Assembly: GCA_934256705.1 (NCBI GenBank) | Contig: CAKQPF010000001.1 | Coordinates: forward strand, 40,850 to 104,849 | Origin: an uncultured Prevotella sp. | Lineage (GTDB): Bacteria; Bacteroidota; Bacteroidia; Bacteroidales; Bacteroidaceae | DNA: 64,000 nt | Direction of reading: 5' to 3' | Shown here: in pieces, positions 1-9,300 of the stretch | Layout of the letters: each line of letters starts with the position of its first letter | Position numbering within the stretch: the first letter of the stretch is position 1 | Position numbers and translations under genes: made by a program | Notes under the pieces: model-generated | The model's input: the letters and a program-made list of their open reading frames with translations, nothing else | The model's database searches: none | Told to the model about the DNA's origin: nothing

Positions 1-543
1 AAAGCGTTGACGGCAATAGACCTCTCTAAATTCAACACCGCCAACGTGACCGACATGAAGGGAATGTTCCGCGAATGCGCTGCCCTGACAGCTATCGATG
101 TATCAATGTTTGACACCAGGAACGTGAAGAATATGGAGGGAATGTTCGCTTACTGTCATGGACTCACCACTCTGGACCTCTCCGATTTCGATACGGAGAA
201 CGTGTGGAACACGTATGAGATGTTCAGCAACTGCTCTGCTCTCACCACCATATATGTCAGCGACAAGTTTGTCACCACTAACGTGACACACTCCAGATAT
301 ATGTTCCATGCCTGCGAAAAGCTGAAGGGCGCACGAGAGTATGACGTGACAAAGACAAACCACAGCTATGCCAACTACACCACTGGCTACTTCACTCTCA
401 AGCTCCCTACCTCCATCAATGCCATCAGCGGCAATGACAAGGCGGAATACTTCGACATCAACGGCAAGCGCGGCACAAAGCTTCAGCGCGGCATAAACCT
501 TGTGCGTCGCGGAAACAAGACTTACAAGGTGGTGGTGAAGTAA
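1..543 (+). CDS. BspA-family (DUF285-type) leucine-rich repeat surface protein, 5'-truncated by the window edge (C-terminal part only)
   Basis: The ORF runs in from the window start. It carries repeats of the form ...FxxCxxLTxLDLSxFDTxNVxxMxxMF... . Its last ~45 aa are identical to the C-terminus of the next gene. Confidence 0.7.
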   Translation, partial: KALTAIDLSKFNTANVTDMKGMFRECAALTAIDVSMFDTRNVKNMEGMFAYCHGLTTLDLSDFDTENVWNTYEMFSNCSALTTIYVSDKFVTTNVTHSRYMFHACEKLKGAREYDVTKTNHSYANYTTGYFTLKLPTSINAISGNDKAEYFDINGKRGTKLQRGINLVRRGNKTYKVVVK

Positions 544-656
544 AAGGAGACCCCCTCTTGTACCCCTCACAGGGGAATAAGAGGGAGTCTTATAATTCGA
601 GAAAACACATTTCAAGACAACAAGCACTATTATAACATCATAAAAACATTTCACGT

Positions 657-1907
657 ATGAAAAGAAATCTATTCCTATCATTCCCCAAGGCCGCAAGGCT
701 ATTACTGGCAGCATTGATTTGCCTGCCTTTCTGGGGCACCGCCTTGATGGCGCAGACTGCCCAGCCCGAAGCGTATGCCGTGTTCGATTCTTCCAACGGC
801 ACGCTCACATTCAAGTATGACGGCAACAAGCCTAACGACGCTTACCTGATGAATACCGGAACGGACTTTCCTGGCTGGAGTGGCAATAAAGAGGACATCA
901 AGAAGGTGGTGTTCGACCCTTCCTTTGCCGGGGCAAGACCTACAAGTTGCAATGGATGGTTTTACAATTGCAGGAATCTTACTGACATCGAAGGCATCTC
1001 CAATCTGAATACAGAGGAGGTGACAATTATGAGTGCTATGTTCGACGGATGTAAACAGCTCACATCGCTCGACCTCTCTTCTTTCAATACTGAGAAGGTG
1101 ACGGATATGAATTTTATGTTCAACAATTGTGAAAAACTCGCATCGCTCGACATATCTTCTTTCAATACCAAGAATGTGGAATATATGAGTGCCATGTTCC
1201 AAAATTGTTCTTCCCTCACATCGCTCGACCTCTCTTCTTTCAATACTGAGAATGTGAAGAATATGAGTTCAATGTTCTACGGCTGTTCTTCCCTCACATC
1301 GCTCGACCTCTCTTCTTTCAATACTGGGGAAGTGACAGATATGAGTGGTATGATCAGCAACTGCACTTCCCTCGAATCGCTCAACATATCTTCTTTCAAT
1401 ACTGAGAAGGTGACGGATATGAGTTTTATGTTCGACCGTTGTGAAAAACTCGCATCGCTCGACATATCTTCTTTCGATTCCAAGAATGTGGAATATATGA
1501 GTGCCATGTTCCAAAATTGTTCTTCCCTCGCATCGCTCGACCTATCAAATTTCAATACTGAGAATGTGACGGTTATGATATCTATGTTTAAAGGATGTCA
1601 AGCCCTGGCCACCATCTATACCAGCGACAAGTTTGTCGTGACAAATGTGGAATTGGATCATAATATGTTCGCTGAATGCTTAAAACTCAAGGGCGCAATA
1701 GAATATGATGAAAACAAGACGAACGGCAGCTACGCCAACTACACCACTGGCTACTTCTCTCTCAAGACCCCTACCTCCATCAATGCCATCAACGGCAATG
1801 ACAAGGCGGAATACTTCGACATCAACGGCAAGCGCGGCACAAAGCTTCAGCGCGGCATAAACCTTGTGCGTCGCGGTAACAAGACTTATAAGGTGGTGGT
1901 GAAGTAA
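657..1907 (+). CDS. BspA-family leucine-rich repeat (DUF285/LRR_5-like) surface protein with signal peptide
   Basis: Hydrophobic N-terminal signal peptide. About 8 tandem ~24-aa repeats (LTSLDLSSFNTENVxxMSxMFxxC). The C-terminal tail TSINAINGNDKAEYFDINGKRGTKLQRGINLVRRGNKTYKVVVK is shared with the upstream paralog. Confidence 0.8.
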   Translation: MKRNLFLSFPKAARLLLAALICLPFWGTALMAQTAQPEAYAVFDSSNGTLTFKYDGNKPNDAYLMNTGTDFPGWSGNKEDIKKVVFDPSFAGARPTSCNGWFYNCRNLTDIEGISNLNTEEVTIMSAMFDGCKQLTSLDLSSFNTEKVTDMNFMFNNCEKLASLDISSFNTKNVEYMSAMFQNCSSLTSLDLSSFNTENVKNMSSMFYGCSSLTSLDLSSFNTGEVTDMSGMISNCTSLESLNISSFNTEKVTDMSFMFDRCEKLASLDISSFDSKNVEYMSAMFQNCSSLASLDLSNFNTENVTVMISMFKGCQALATIYTSDKFVVTNVELDHNMFAECLKLKGAIEYDENKTNGSYANYTTGYFSLKTPTSINAINGNDKAEYFDINGKRGTKLQRGINLVRRGNKTYKVVVK

Positions 1908-2111
1908 AAGGAGACCCCCTCTTATCCCCCTGTAGGGGGAGGCTGGATACGCTCTGGCGACTTAGGGGCAGTGCATCATAATATAAATGAAGAATGGCTT
2001 GCGCAGTGGCGGAGCCCTTCTTATAGCCCCCTCATATTCCCCCTCACAGTGGGATATGAGGGGGCTTATATTATCCTCTTTTCTGAAAAATGTTCCCAAA
2101 AAACATCGAAA

Positions 2112-3551
2112 TCACGAAAACAATTCATCGGAAAGGATTATCTTCTGCACCTTTCCAGTATGCTTGCCATGCTGGAGCCCAAAGGTAGTGACCAGCGTAA
2201 GATGCACCTTTTTCCTTTCAGGCAACGTGCTGCTAAGCGCCTCCACGCGGTGTATCATCTTCAGTTCCTCCTCCTTGTCGATGGAATAAGGAGCGGTGGC
2301 AAATTTCATTTCGCAGAGGTTCACTATGTTGTCATCCCTCAATATGACCATATCCACCTGCGCACCTCGACTTGACTCCGTGCCTTTCAGGTTCCAGGCA
2401 GAGACTGAAGTCCTCACTCCCCCAATCTCCAGAGCCCGCTTTATCTGGTTGATATGCTGCCAGCATACCAGTTCGAAAGCCACGCCACGCCATGATTTCA
2501 TGATGCCTGACGTGCAGTTGTCATTCATGAAAGCGGCTTCCCGCTGATATCTATCCACATATCTGATCCAGAAAAGGCAGAAATTGTCTGTCAGCTTGTA
2601 GTGTTCTGTCACTCCCTTGCCGTATGGATTGTAGCGCATCAGGAAGTCACTTTCCTCCAATGATGCCAGCATAGCGGTCAGTCCACCGCCGAAAGGTATG
2701 CCCGTGGCTTGGGATATCTCGTCCCGCGTGAAACCGTAATTGCGCGTAGCAAGCAGACGTATGACCTTCTTGCAATCTTCCGCATTGGTGAAAATGGCAT
2801 TGAAGAGGCGGTTGAACTCATCGTTCAGACGCGGTTTTGCCCCGAAAAGTATCATGTCAGTATTTTTCTCAAAGCTATATCCCTTGCGGAAATAGCTGAG
2901 ATAATACGGCAGTCCGCCAAATACCATATACGTCTGCAGGATGTCATATCGGGACATCTCGATGTTCTCATGGTCAAAATATTCCTCACACTCCTTGAGA
3001 GTAAATGGTGACAGCTTTATCTGACAGGTGAGACGACCATACAGCCCTCCTTTGTTACGTGAGAGATTGGACAGTATCCAGGAGGTCGCACTGCCACAGA
3101 CTATCAGCATAATGTTGTCGTGACCGCTGCACCATCCATTCCAGAAACTCTCGAAAGCGGAGAGGAAACGGCTGCGGGGAGTGTCCATCCAAGGCAGTTC
3201 ATCGAGGAATATGACCATTCTCTGCCCCCTGTCCTGCGACTGCAGCAACTGGATCAGCTGGAAAAATGCCTCCATCCACGATTTAGGCTGCTGGTAGCCC
3301 TCAAGTCCATGGTTGAGCAAAGAGAAATAGAAACTTTCCAGTTGGGTCTTCATCCTGTTCCTTTCATCCTTCTGGTCCACTGGTGACACGCCGGTATGCT
3401 GGAAGGTGAATCTGCCTTTCAGAGCCTGCTTGATGAGGAAGGTCTTGCCTACTCGCCTTCTGCCATATACAGCGACGAACTCAGGTCTATCGCTGTCATA
3501 TAGCCTTTCCAGTTCCTCAATCTCATGTTTTCTACCTATTATCTTGCTCAT
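2112..3551 (-). CDS. AAA+ ATPase, ATP-binding protein (DUF4143/AAA_14 family)
   Basis: Walker A GRRRVGKT lies near the N-terminus. The 480-aa architecture is typical of the Bacteroides ATP-binding protein family. The start was chosen at MSKIIGRK, 25 codons inside the ORF. Confidence 0.75.
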   Translation of the reverse strand: MSKIIGRKHEIEELERLYDSDRPEFVAVYGRRRVGKTFLIKQALKGRFTFQHTGVSPVDQKDERNRMKTQLESFYFSLLNHGLEGYQQPKSWMEAFFQLIQLLQSQDRGQRMVIFLDELPWMDTPRSRFLSAFESFWNGWCSGHDNIMLIVCGSATSWILSNLSRNKGGLYGRLTCQIKLSPFTLKECEEYFDHENIEMSRYDILQTYMVFGGLPYYLSYFRKGYSFEKNTDMILFGAKPRLNDEFNRLFNAIFTNAEDCKKVIRLLATRNYGFTRDEISQATGIPFGGGLTAMLASLEESDFLMRYNPYGKGVTEHYKLTDNFCLFWIRYVDRYQREAAFMNDNCTSGIMKSWRGVAFELVCWQHINQIKRALEIGGVRTSVSAWNLKGTESSRGAQVDMVILRDDNIVNLCEMKFATAPYSIDKEEELKMIHRVEALSSTLPERKKVHLTLVTTFGLQHGKHTGKVQKIILSDELFS

Positions 3552-3869
3552 AATTACGCTATATTTTGCCACAAAGATACAAAAAAGGCAGCGTTTGGCA
3601 AAATATAATATACTATATTCTGCCAAATGCCCACTTTTTTTAACACTGTTTGGCAGATTATGAGGTCTCCCAGACCCCTTTACGGAGGGGCTTTTCTTTG
3701 GTTACAGATTGTCAGTTTGAGACCCAAGTAGCCAGTGCCTAACCTTTCATCCCCCAAGGGGGACAGGAGGGGGCTTAATCCGTGAAAGAACAGATCCGTT
3801 ACATCGGTGTTATCCGTGTTTCTCTTTGAACGCTTGTGGTCGTCGCGTAGCGATGAGCACATGATGATA

Positions 3870-4240
3870 TGTCTGGTACTGTCTTCCAGACAGCAATCTA
3901 CACATCAGTCGTAATCCCGAGACTTCGTCCCGGGTTACTCTCGCTACGCTCGGTATTGTCTTCCAGACAAAGCTTTTTCGAACTGTACGGTTGAAACGGG
4001 CTGAAGGCCCAAAAAGCTCATAGCCCAGGGCAACACCCTGGGTTATAATGGAATGAATACCAACGCCCTGCAAGGGCAAAAGCGTAACAGACTCATTGTT
4101 GTTGTAATGCTTTTGCCCTTGCAGGGCGTTGATATCATTCATCGTAATACCCAGGGCGATGCCCTGGGCTAAGAGCTTCTGCCCTTGCAGGGCGTATTAT
4201 GTAATTTCAACCGTACAGTTCGAGCTTTTTTCTTATATTG
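3870..4240. repeat. Composite nested palindromic intergenic repeat cluster (one arm of the 7961-8163 element plus several perfect hairpins)
   Basis: An inverted repeat cgaactgtacggttgaaa / tttcaaccgtacagttcg flanks the inner hairpins gcccagggcaacaccctgggt, cgccctgcaagggcaaaagc/gcttttgcccttgcagggcg and acccagggcgatgccctgggc. Nucleotides 3885-3960 match the right arm of the 7961-8163 element. Confidence 0.7.
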
Positions 4241-4353
4241 CCCGATAACGCGGGCAACACAGTGGCTTTGTCTTGTCGTTTGATTGTTTGGTATTATGAA
4301 TTGTGAATTATGAATTATTATAATGCACTGATGCGGTGTGGTTTCGCTTTATC

Positions 4354-4542
4354 CTAACCTTCTTTCCTCTTGCAGGCATCGTGGAGTGCGCAACCAGCGC
4401 AACCGGAACAATGGTCGGAACAATGATCTGAACCAGTGTCACAGCAGCTCTTACGCCCTTTCTTTTGGTAGAAATAGCGATAAGCCACTATGAGGAAGGC
4501 AGCGACTACTATTGATAGGAGGAGGAGGCTTATTGTGTTCAT
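4354..4542 (-). CDS. FeoB-associated Cys-rich small membrane protein
   Basis: 62 aa with an N-terminal TM helix and the Cys-rich tail CCDTGSDHCSDHCSGCAGCALHDAC. It sits immediately downstream of feoB. Confidence 0.7.
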   Translation of the reverse strand: MNTISLLLLSIVVAAFLIVAYRYFYQKKGRKSCCDTGSDHCSDHCSGCAGCALHDACKRKEG

Positions 4543-4682
4543 TGTTCTTTTGTTTTAATCGTATTACGAACGCCGTTGCGACATACGCCTCACGTCAGCC
4601 GATAACGCAGCTGACACAGGGGCGGAGACGCAAGCGGAGAACGTAACCAGCTTCCCCCTACAGGGGGATAAGAGGGGGTCTC

Positions 4683-7076
4683 CTAAAATATTACATAAGC
4701 GAAGAATGCGAAGAGGTAGGCGATGAGGCACTGACCTATGACGATGAGGACGGCATAGCGGGAGCCGAGCTCACGACGGATGGAGGCTATAGCAGCGACG
4801 CAAGGAGTGTAGAGCAGGCAGAAGACGAGGAGGGAGGCGGCAGCGGAGGTGGTGAGGATGCTGCTGATGCTCACTCCTGTGCCGAAGAGCACGCTCAATG
4901 TGCTCACCACGCTCTCCTTGGCAAGGAAGCCGGAGATGAGCGATGTGCAGATGCGCCAGTCGCCGAAGCCGAGCGGTGAGAAGACCGGAGAGATGAAATT
5001 GGCCATGATTCCCAGTATGCTGTCGTCAGGATTGTCCACCAGCTGGAGATGGAAACCGAAACTCTGGAGGAACCATATCACGATGGTGGCCATGAAGATG
5101 ACGGTGAAAGCACGCTGGAGGAAGTCGCTCGTCTTTTCCCAAAGCAGCATCATGGTGGAGCGGGCGGACGGCATACGGTAGTTTGGCAGTTCCATCACGA
5201 ACGGTATTGCCTCGCCTCTGAAGGCGGTATGCTTGAGCGCAAGCGCCACTATTATTCCGCTCACTATGCCCAGGAGATATAGTCCTACCATGACGAGAGC
5301 CGCTTTTCCGGGGAAGAATACGGCGCAGAAGAAGGCATAGATAGGCAGTTTGGCGGTGCACGACATGAATGGCGTGAGCATTACCGTCAGCCTTCTGTCA
5401 CGCATTGACGGCAGCGTGCGGCTGGACATGACAGCTGGGACGGAGCATCCGAAACCGATAAGCAATGGCACGATAGACCTGCCTGAGAGTCCGAGACGGC
5501 GCAGCGGGCGGTCCATGACGAAGGCGATGCGCGCCATATAGCCTGAATCCTCAAGCATGGAGAGGAAGAAGAAGAGCGTCACGATGATGGGGACGAAGGA
5601 TGCCACGGTGCCTACTCCGGCATATACTCCGTCGATGATGAGCGAGCGCACAGCGTCATTGACCTGCCAGCCGGCCATAGCCTCATCGGAAACCTGCGTA
5701 AACCAGTCGATGCCTTCCTCAAGCAAGGTCTGCAGTGTGCCGCCTATGACATCGAAGGTGAGCCAGAATATCATCATCATTATGCCGAGGAAGGCTGGTA
5801 TGGCGGTGTATTTTCCCGTCAGTACGGCATCGATGCGCTCCGAGCGTCGATGCTCCCTGCTCTCTTTCGGATGCTTTACGGAGAGGCTGCAGAGGCGCGT
5901 GATGAACGAGAACCGCATATCCGCCATTGCGGCGGCACGGTCGAGTCCGCGCTCTTCCTCCATCTGGCGGAGGATATGCTCGATGGTCTCCTGCTCGTTG
6001 GGCGACAGTTTCAGCGCATCCACGATGAGAGAGTCGCCCTCCACGAGTTTTGCGGCAGCAAAGCGTATAGGTATCTGCGCCGCTTTAGCATGGTCTTCGA
6101 TAAAGTGCATGATAGCGTGAAGGCAGCGATGCACCGCTCCTCCGTTGTCATCCTTCGAGCAGAAGTCCTGTATGGCAGGGCTTTCCTGAAAGCGAGCGAT
6201 GTGTACGGCATGGTCTATCAGTTCGGATATGCCCTCGTTCCTGGCCGCAGAGATAGGCACTACAGGGATTCCGAGCATCGACTCCATGACATTGATATCG
6301 ATACCTCCGCCGTTGCCTTCCAGTTCATCCATCATATTGATGGCAAGGACTATAGGCATATCCAGCTCCATGAGCTGCATAGTGAGGTAGAGATTACGCT
6401 CGATATTATTAGCATCCACGATATTGATGATGCAGCGCGGGCGGTCATTGAGTATGAAATTACGGCTTACCACCTCCTCGCTGGTGTAAGGCGAGAGGCT
6501 GTATATGCCCGGGAGGTCAGTGACATCGGTGTCCTTGTGTCCACGTATGGAACCGTTCTTGCGGTCCACGGTCACTCCGGGGAAGTTTCCCACGTGCTGG
6601 TTGGCTCCGGTAAGCTGGTTGAAGAGCGTTGTCTTGCCACAGTTCTGGTTGCCCACAAGGGCGAAAGTGAGTGTCTCGCCTTCCGGCAGCGGTGTCTCAT
6701 GGGTAGAATCGTGGTACATTCCCGGCTCGCCTATGCCCGGGTGGTTGGAGCGTGGCGACTGCTGTTTTGCCGTTTCGGGGGCTTCAGGAGCCGTTTTGCC
6801 GGCTTTGAGGTCGATGGGCTGTATGTCTATCTTCTCAGCGTCAGCGAGGCGCAGGGTGAGCTCATAGCCTTCCATCTCCATGGCCTTTGCAGGGTCATTG
6901 CCGGCAGAAGGGGCTACGAGGAGCTGCATCGGGTCGCCCATAGGGGCATATTTCTTGAGTGTGAGGACAGATCCGGGTATGACTCCCATGTCGAGGAAGT
7001 GCTGACGGAGGGAACCTTCGCCTCCTACTCGGGTCACTATTGCTGATTGGGATATGTTCAGTTCTCTTAGAGTCAT
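4683..7076 (-). CDS. feoB: Ferrous iron transporter FeoB with fused N-terminal FeoA domains (FeoAB)
   Basis: Two FeoA-like SH3 segments are followed by the G-domain GNQNCGKTTLFNQLTG, DxxG and NxxD motifs, and a long polytopic membrane domain. Total length 797 aa. Confidence 0.92.
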   Translation of the reverse strand: MTLRELNISQSAIVTRVGGEGSLRQHFLDMGVIPGSVLTLKKYAPMGDPMQLLVAPSAGNDPAKAMEMEGYELTLRLADAEKIDIQPIDLKAGKTAPEAPETAKQQSPRSNHPGIGEPGMYHDSTHETPLPEGETLTFALVGNQNCGKTTLFNQLTGANQHVGNFPGVTVDRKNGSIRGHKDTDVTDLPGIYSLSPYTSEEVVSRNFILNDRPRCIINIVDANNIERNLYLTMQLMELDMPIVLAINMMDELEGNGGGIDINVMESMLGIPVVPISAARNEGISELIDHAVHIARFQESPAIQDFCSKDDNGGAVHRCLHAIMHFIEDHAKAAQIPIRFAAAKLVEGDSLIVDALKLSPNEQETIEHILRQMEEERGLDRAAAMADMRFSFITRLCSLSVKHPKESREHRRSERIDAVLTGKYTAIPAFLGIMMMIFWLTFDVIGGTLQTLLEEGIDWFTQVSDEAMAGWQVNDAVRSLIIDGVYAGVGTVASFVPIIVTLFFFLSMLEDSGYMARIAFVMDRPLRRLGLSGRSIVPLLIGFGCSVPAVMSSRTLPSMRDRRLTVMLTPFMSCTAKLPIYAFFCAVFFPGKAALVMVGLYLLGIVSGIIVALALKHTAFRGEAIPFVMELPNYRMPSARSTMMLLWEKTSDFLQRAFTVIFMATIVIWFLQSFGFHLQLVDNPDDSILGIMANFISPVFSPLGFGDWRICTSLISGFLAKESVVSTLSVLFGTGVSISSILTTSAAASLLVFCLLYTPCVAAIASIRRELGSRYAVLIVIGQCLIAYLFAFFAYVIF

Positions 7077-7354
7077 ATTGTGGGTTGTGGGTTTCTGTTG
7101 TTATGTTATTCTACTATCCGCCGGTAACGCGGCGGACACAGTGGCTTTTACTTACGATGCAAAGTTAGTAAAAAAATGCGTTTTGTAGGTAGGAATAATG
7201 GGATAATCTCACTTTGGGATAGGAAAAATACCAACAAATGATGATGACAAGTGCAAAAAAAGGGTGTTAGGCTTGACTATCCGCTTTTTTATTAGTACAT
7301 TTGCAGTTCAAATGATTACCCGGCATTATCCAAAAAACTAAATATAAATAACCA

Positions 7355-7822
7355 ATGGAAAAATTGATTATCAACAACTACGAGGAATTCGCGAGCCACG
7401 AAGGCCAGGTCCTCGGCACATCAGACTTTGTAGAACTGACCCAGGAGCGCATCAACCTCTTCGCTGACGCTACTCTCGACCACCAGTGGATCCACGTGGA
7501 CACCGAGCGCGCCAAGAAGGAAAGCCAGTTCGGCACCACCATCGCCCACGGCTATCTCACCCTCTCCGTGCTCCCTTACCTCTGGAACCAGATAGTGGAC
7601 GTGCGCAACGTGAAGATGCTCGTCAACTATGGCATCGACAAGATGAAGTTCGGTCAGCCGGTGCTCTCCGGCCAGAGCATCAGCCTCACCACCAAGCTGC
7701 AGAGCATCCAGAACCTCCGCGGCGCAGTGAAGACCGAGGTGAAGTTTACCATGAACGTGAAGGAGACCGGCAAGAAGGCCATCGAGGGCATCGCCATCTT
7801 CATCTATTACTTCGAGAATTAG
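7355..7822 (+). CDS. MaoC-family (R)-specific enoyl-CoA hydratase/dehydratase
   Basis: 155 aa hot-dog fold with a MaoC-like signature (DHQWIHVD...AHGYLTLS). Confidence 0.8.
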   Translation: MEKLIINNYEEFASHEGQVLGTSDFVELTQERINLFADATLDHQWIHVDTERAKKESQFGTTIAHGYLTLSVLPYLWNQIVDVRNVKMLVNYGIDKMKFGQPVLSGQSISLTTKLQSIQNLRGAVKTEVKFTMNVKETGKKAIEGIAIFIYYFEN

Positions 7823-7960
7823 TTTTTTTCTTGTTGTTTGGTTGAGGAATAAAATATCAATAAATAAAAATAAATAAATATATCTTTTTTTGTTTTTCTA
7901 TATTGATGTTTTACTCAAAGACAAACAACTAAACAACAAGACAACAAAACAACAAACTCT

Positions 7961-8163
7961 GTCTGGAAGACAGTACCGAGCGAAGCAAGAGTAACCCGGG
8001 ACAAAGTCTCGGGGGGATATAGACTAAAAAGAAAGCTGTCTGGAAGACAGTACCTTATATATGCGTGGATAAGGTACTGTCTTCCAGACAGCTGTATATA
8101 TGTCTTCTTATATCCCGAGACTTTGTCCCGGGTTACTCTCGCTTCGCTCGGTATTGGCTTCCA
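7961..8163. repeat. MITE-like element with ~55-nt terminal inverted repeats and an internal palindrome
   Basis: ctgtctggaagacagtaccgagcgaagcaagagtaacccgggacaaagtctcggg ... cccgagactttgtcccgggttactctcgcttcgctcggtattggcttccagcc. A central ctgtctggaagacagtacctta/taaggtactgtcttccagacag lies inside. A one-arm copy occurs at 3885-3960 and a fragment at ~62025-62045. Confidence 0.7.
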
Positions 8164-8264
8164 GCCAAAGCTACCGACTACCGACAACCAACAACCTATC
8201 ATTATTTATTGATATTTTATTCTAACCTACCGACAACCAACAACCATCAACCGACAACCTATCA

Positions 8265-9287
8265 TTATAGCCCCTTCATCCTCTCCTGCAGAGCGGCAAG
8301 GAGATTGTCGGAGGAGGTGAGGGAGAGCTTTCGGCGGATGTTGGTGCGCTGGGTGTTGACGTTGGCTTCCGACTTTTCGAGGAGGGTGCAGATGCCGCTG
8401 AGCTTGTAGCCCTTGAGGATGAGCTGGACGATGTCTCGCTCGGAAGGCGTGAGTTCGGGGAAAGCCTGCTCGATGATCTTCTTGGTGTGGGTCTGCACGT
8501 TGATGTATTTCGTCACGTTGTCGATGATATAGTGCTGCGACCGCTCGCTGAACTGCTCGAATACGGTCTGCATCTCTTCCTCCGTGTATTCCTTCTTGGC
8601 GAGGCGGCTGATGCATTCCATCTGGTCCTTGTCGAGCATGAGGATGTGCATCAGTTCCTCTTCGCTGCGCTTTATGGCGATGTTCTCCTCCCGCAGCTGG
8701 CGCGAGATGCGCGAGATGTATAGCCCGAGAAGGCTGATGAAGACGAACACCAGCACCACCATGATGATATACTGGGAGATGATCCTGTCGTGGGCGATGA
8801 ACATGCACGTCACTGTGGCGCCCAATGCTATGGCTACATTGACCTGTGTGGCTACGGACTGGTATGTGGAGAGGCAGAACATGATGTTCGCCGTGAGGAT
8901 GAGCAGGTTGACGTATGTCACCATTACGGCATCCGGCACCGTGGGGACGAGGACGCTGTAGATGGTGTCCGTGGCTATGAACACCTGCGTGGTGACGCAC
9001 AGGAGCGAGACAAGATTGAGGACGGTGATGCGCCGGGTGCAGTATAGCGTCACCCATACGTACATCAGCACGAGCATCGTGGCGTTGGAGCACTTGAAGA
9101 ATATGTCGAACGCACCTGACAGTTCCAGCAGTTCGCAGATGATTCCGAGCGTCAATATGGCGACATACCATGCCCCGAGACACTTCCTCCGCTTGTCGAT
9201 AGTGTCCTCCTCCCGCGGCAGTTGCCGCGAGACCCATCGGGTGAAATGCCCGAACCATGTCCTTTTCCTGTTGCTGTCGTTCTCCAT
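8265..9287 (-). CDS. Multi-pass membrane protein with C-terminal LuxR/GerE-type HTH (no receiver domain)
   Basis: Five to six predicted TM helices in the N-terminal 200 aa. The C-terminal ERDIVQLILKGYKLSGICTLLEKSEANVNTQRTNIRRKL is a LuxR-family HTH. Confidence 0.65.
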   Translation of the reverse strand: MENDSNRKRTWFGHFTRWVSRQLPREEDTIDKRRKCLGAWYVAILTLGIICELLELSGAFDIFFKCSNATMLVLMYVWVTLYCTRRITVLNLVSLLCVTTQVFIATDTIYSVLVPTVPDAVMVTYVNLLILTANIMFCLSTYQSVATQVNVAIALGATVTCMFIAHDRIISQYIIMVVLVFVFISLLGLYISRISRQLREENIAIKRSEEELMHILMLDKDQMECISRLAKKEYTEEEMQTVFEQFSERSQHYIIDNVTKYINVQTHTKKIIEQAFPELTPSERDIVQLILKGYKLSGICTLLEKSEANVNTQRTNIRRKLSLTSSDNLLAALQERMKGL

Positions 9288-9300
9288 GTTTTTCCTTTTC

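Noticed and set aside
1971-2375. 134-aa and 100-aa + ORFs downstream of the second BspA gene
   Set aside because: They overlap the 3' end of the minus-strand ATPase gene and the REP-like hairpins. There is no motif support.
3810-4142. 110-aa ORF across the palindromic repeat cluster
   Set aside because: It is composed of hairpin repeats. The reading frame is an artefact of repeat sequence.
5850-7046. 398-aa ORF on + strand inside feoB
   Set aside because: It is entirely antisense to a well-supported feoB CDS. The translation is low-complexity Arg/His-rich. This is a typical GC-rich antisense ORF artefact.
7915-8409. 95- and 114-aa ORFs over the MITE-like element
   Set aside because: The sequence is inverted-repeat DNA and the two ORFs are mirror artefacts.
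8227-9258. 343-aa ORF overlapping the LuxR-TM gene in another frame
   Set aside because: The translation is extremely Arg/His/Pro-rich (HRQAEEVSRGMVCRH…). The frame carrying TM helices and a LuxR HTH is the coherent one.
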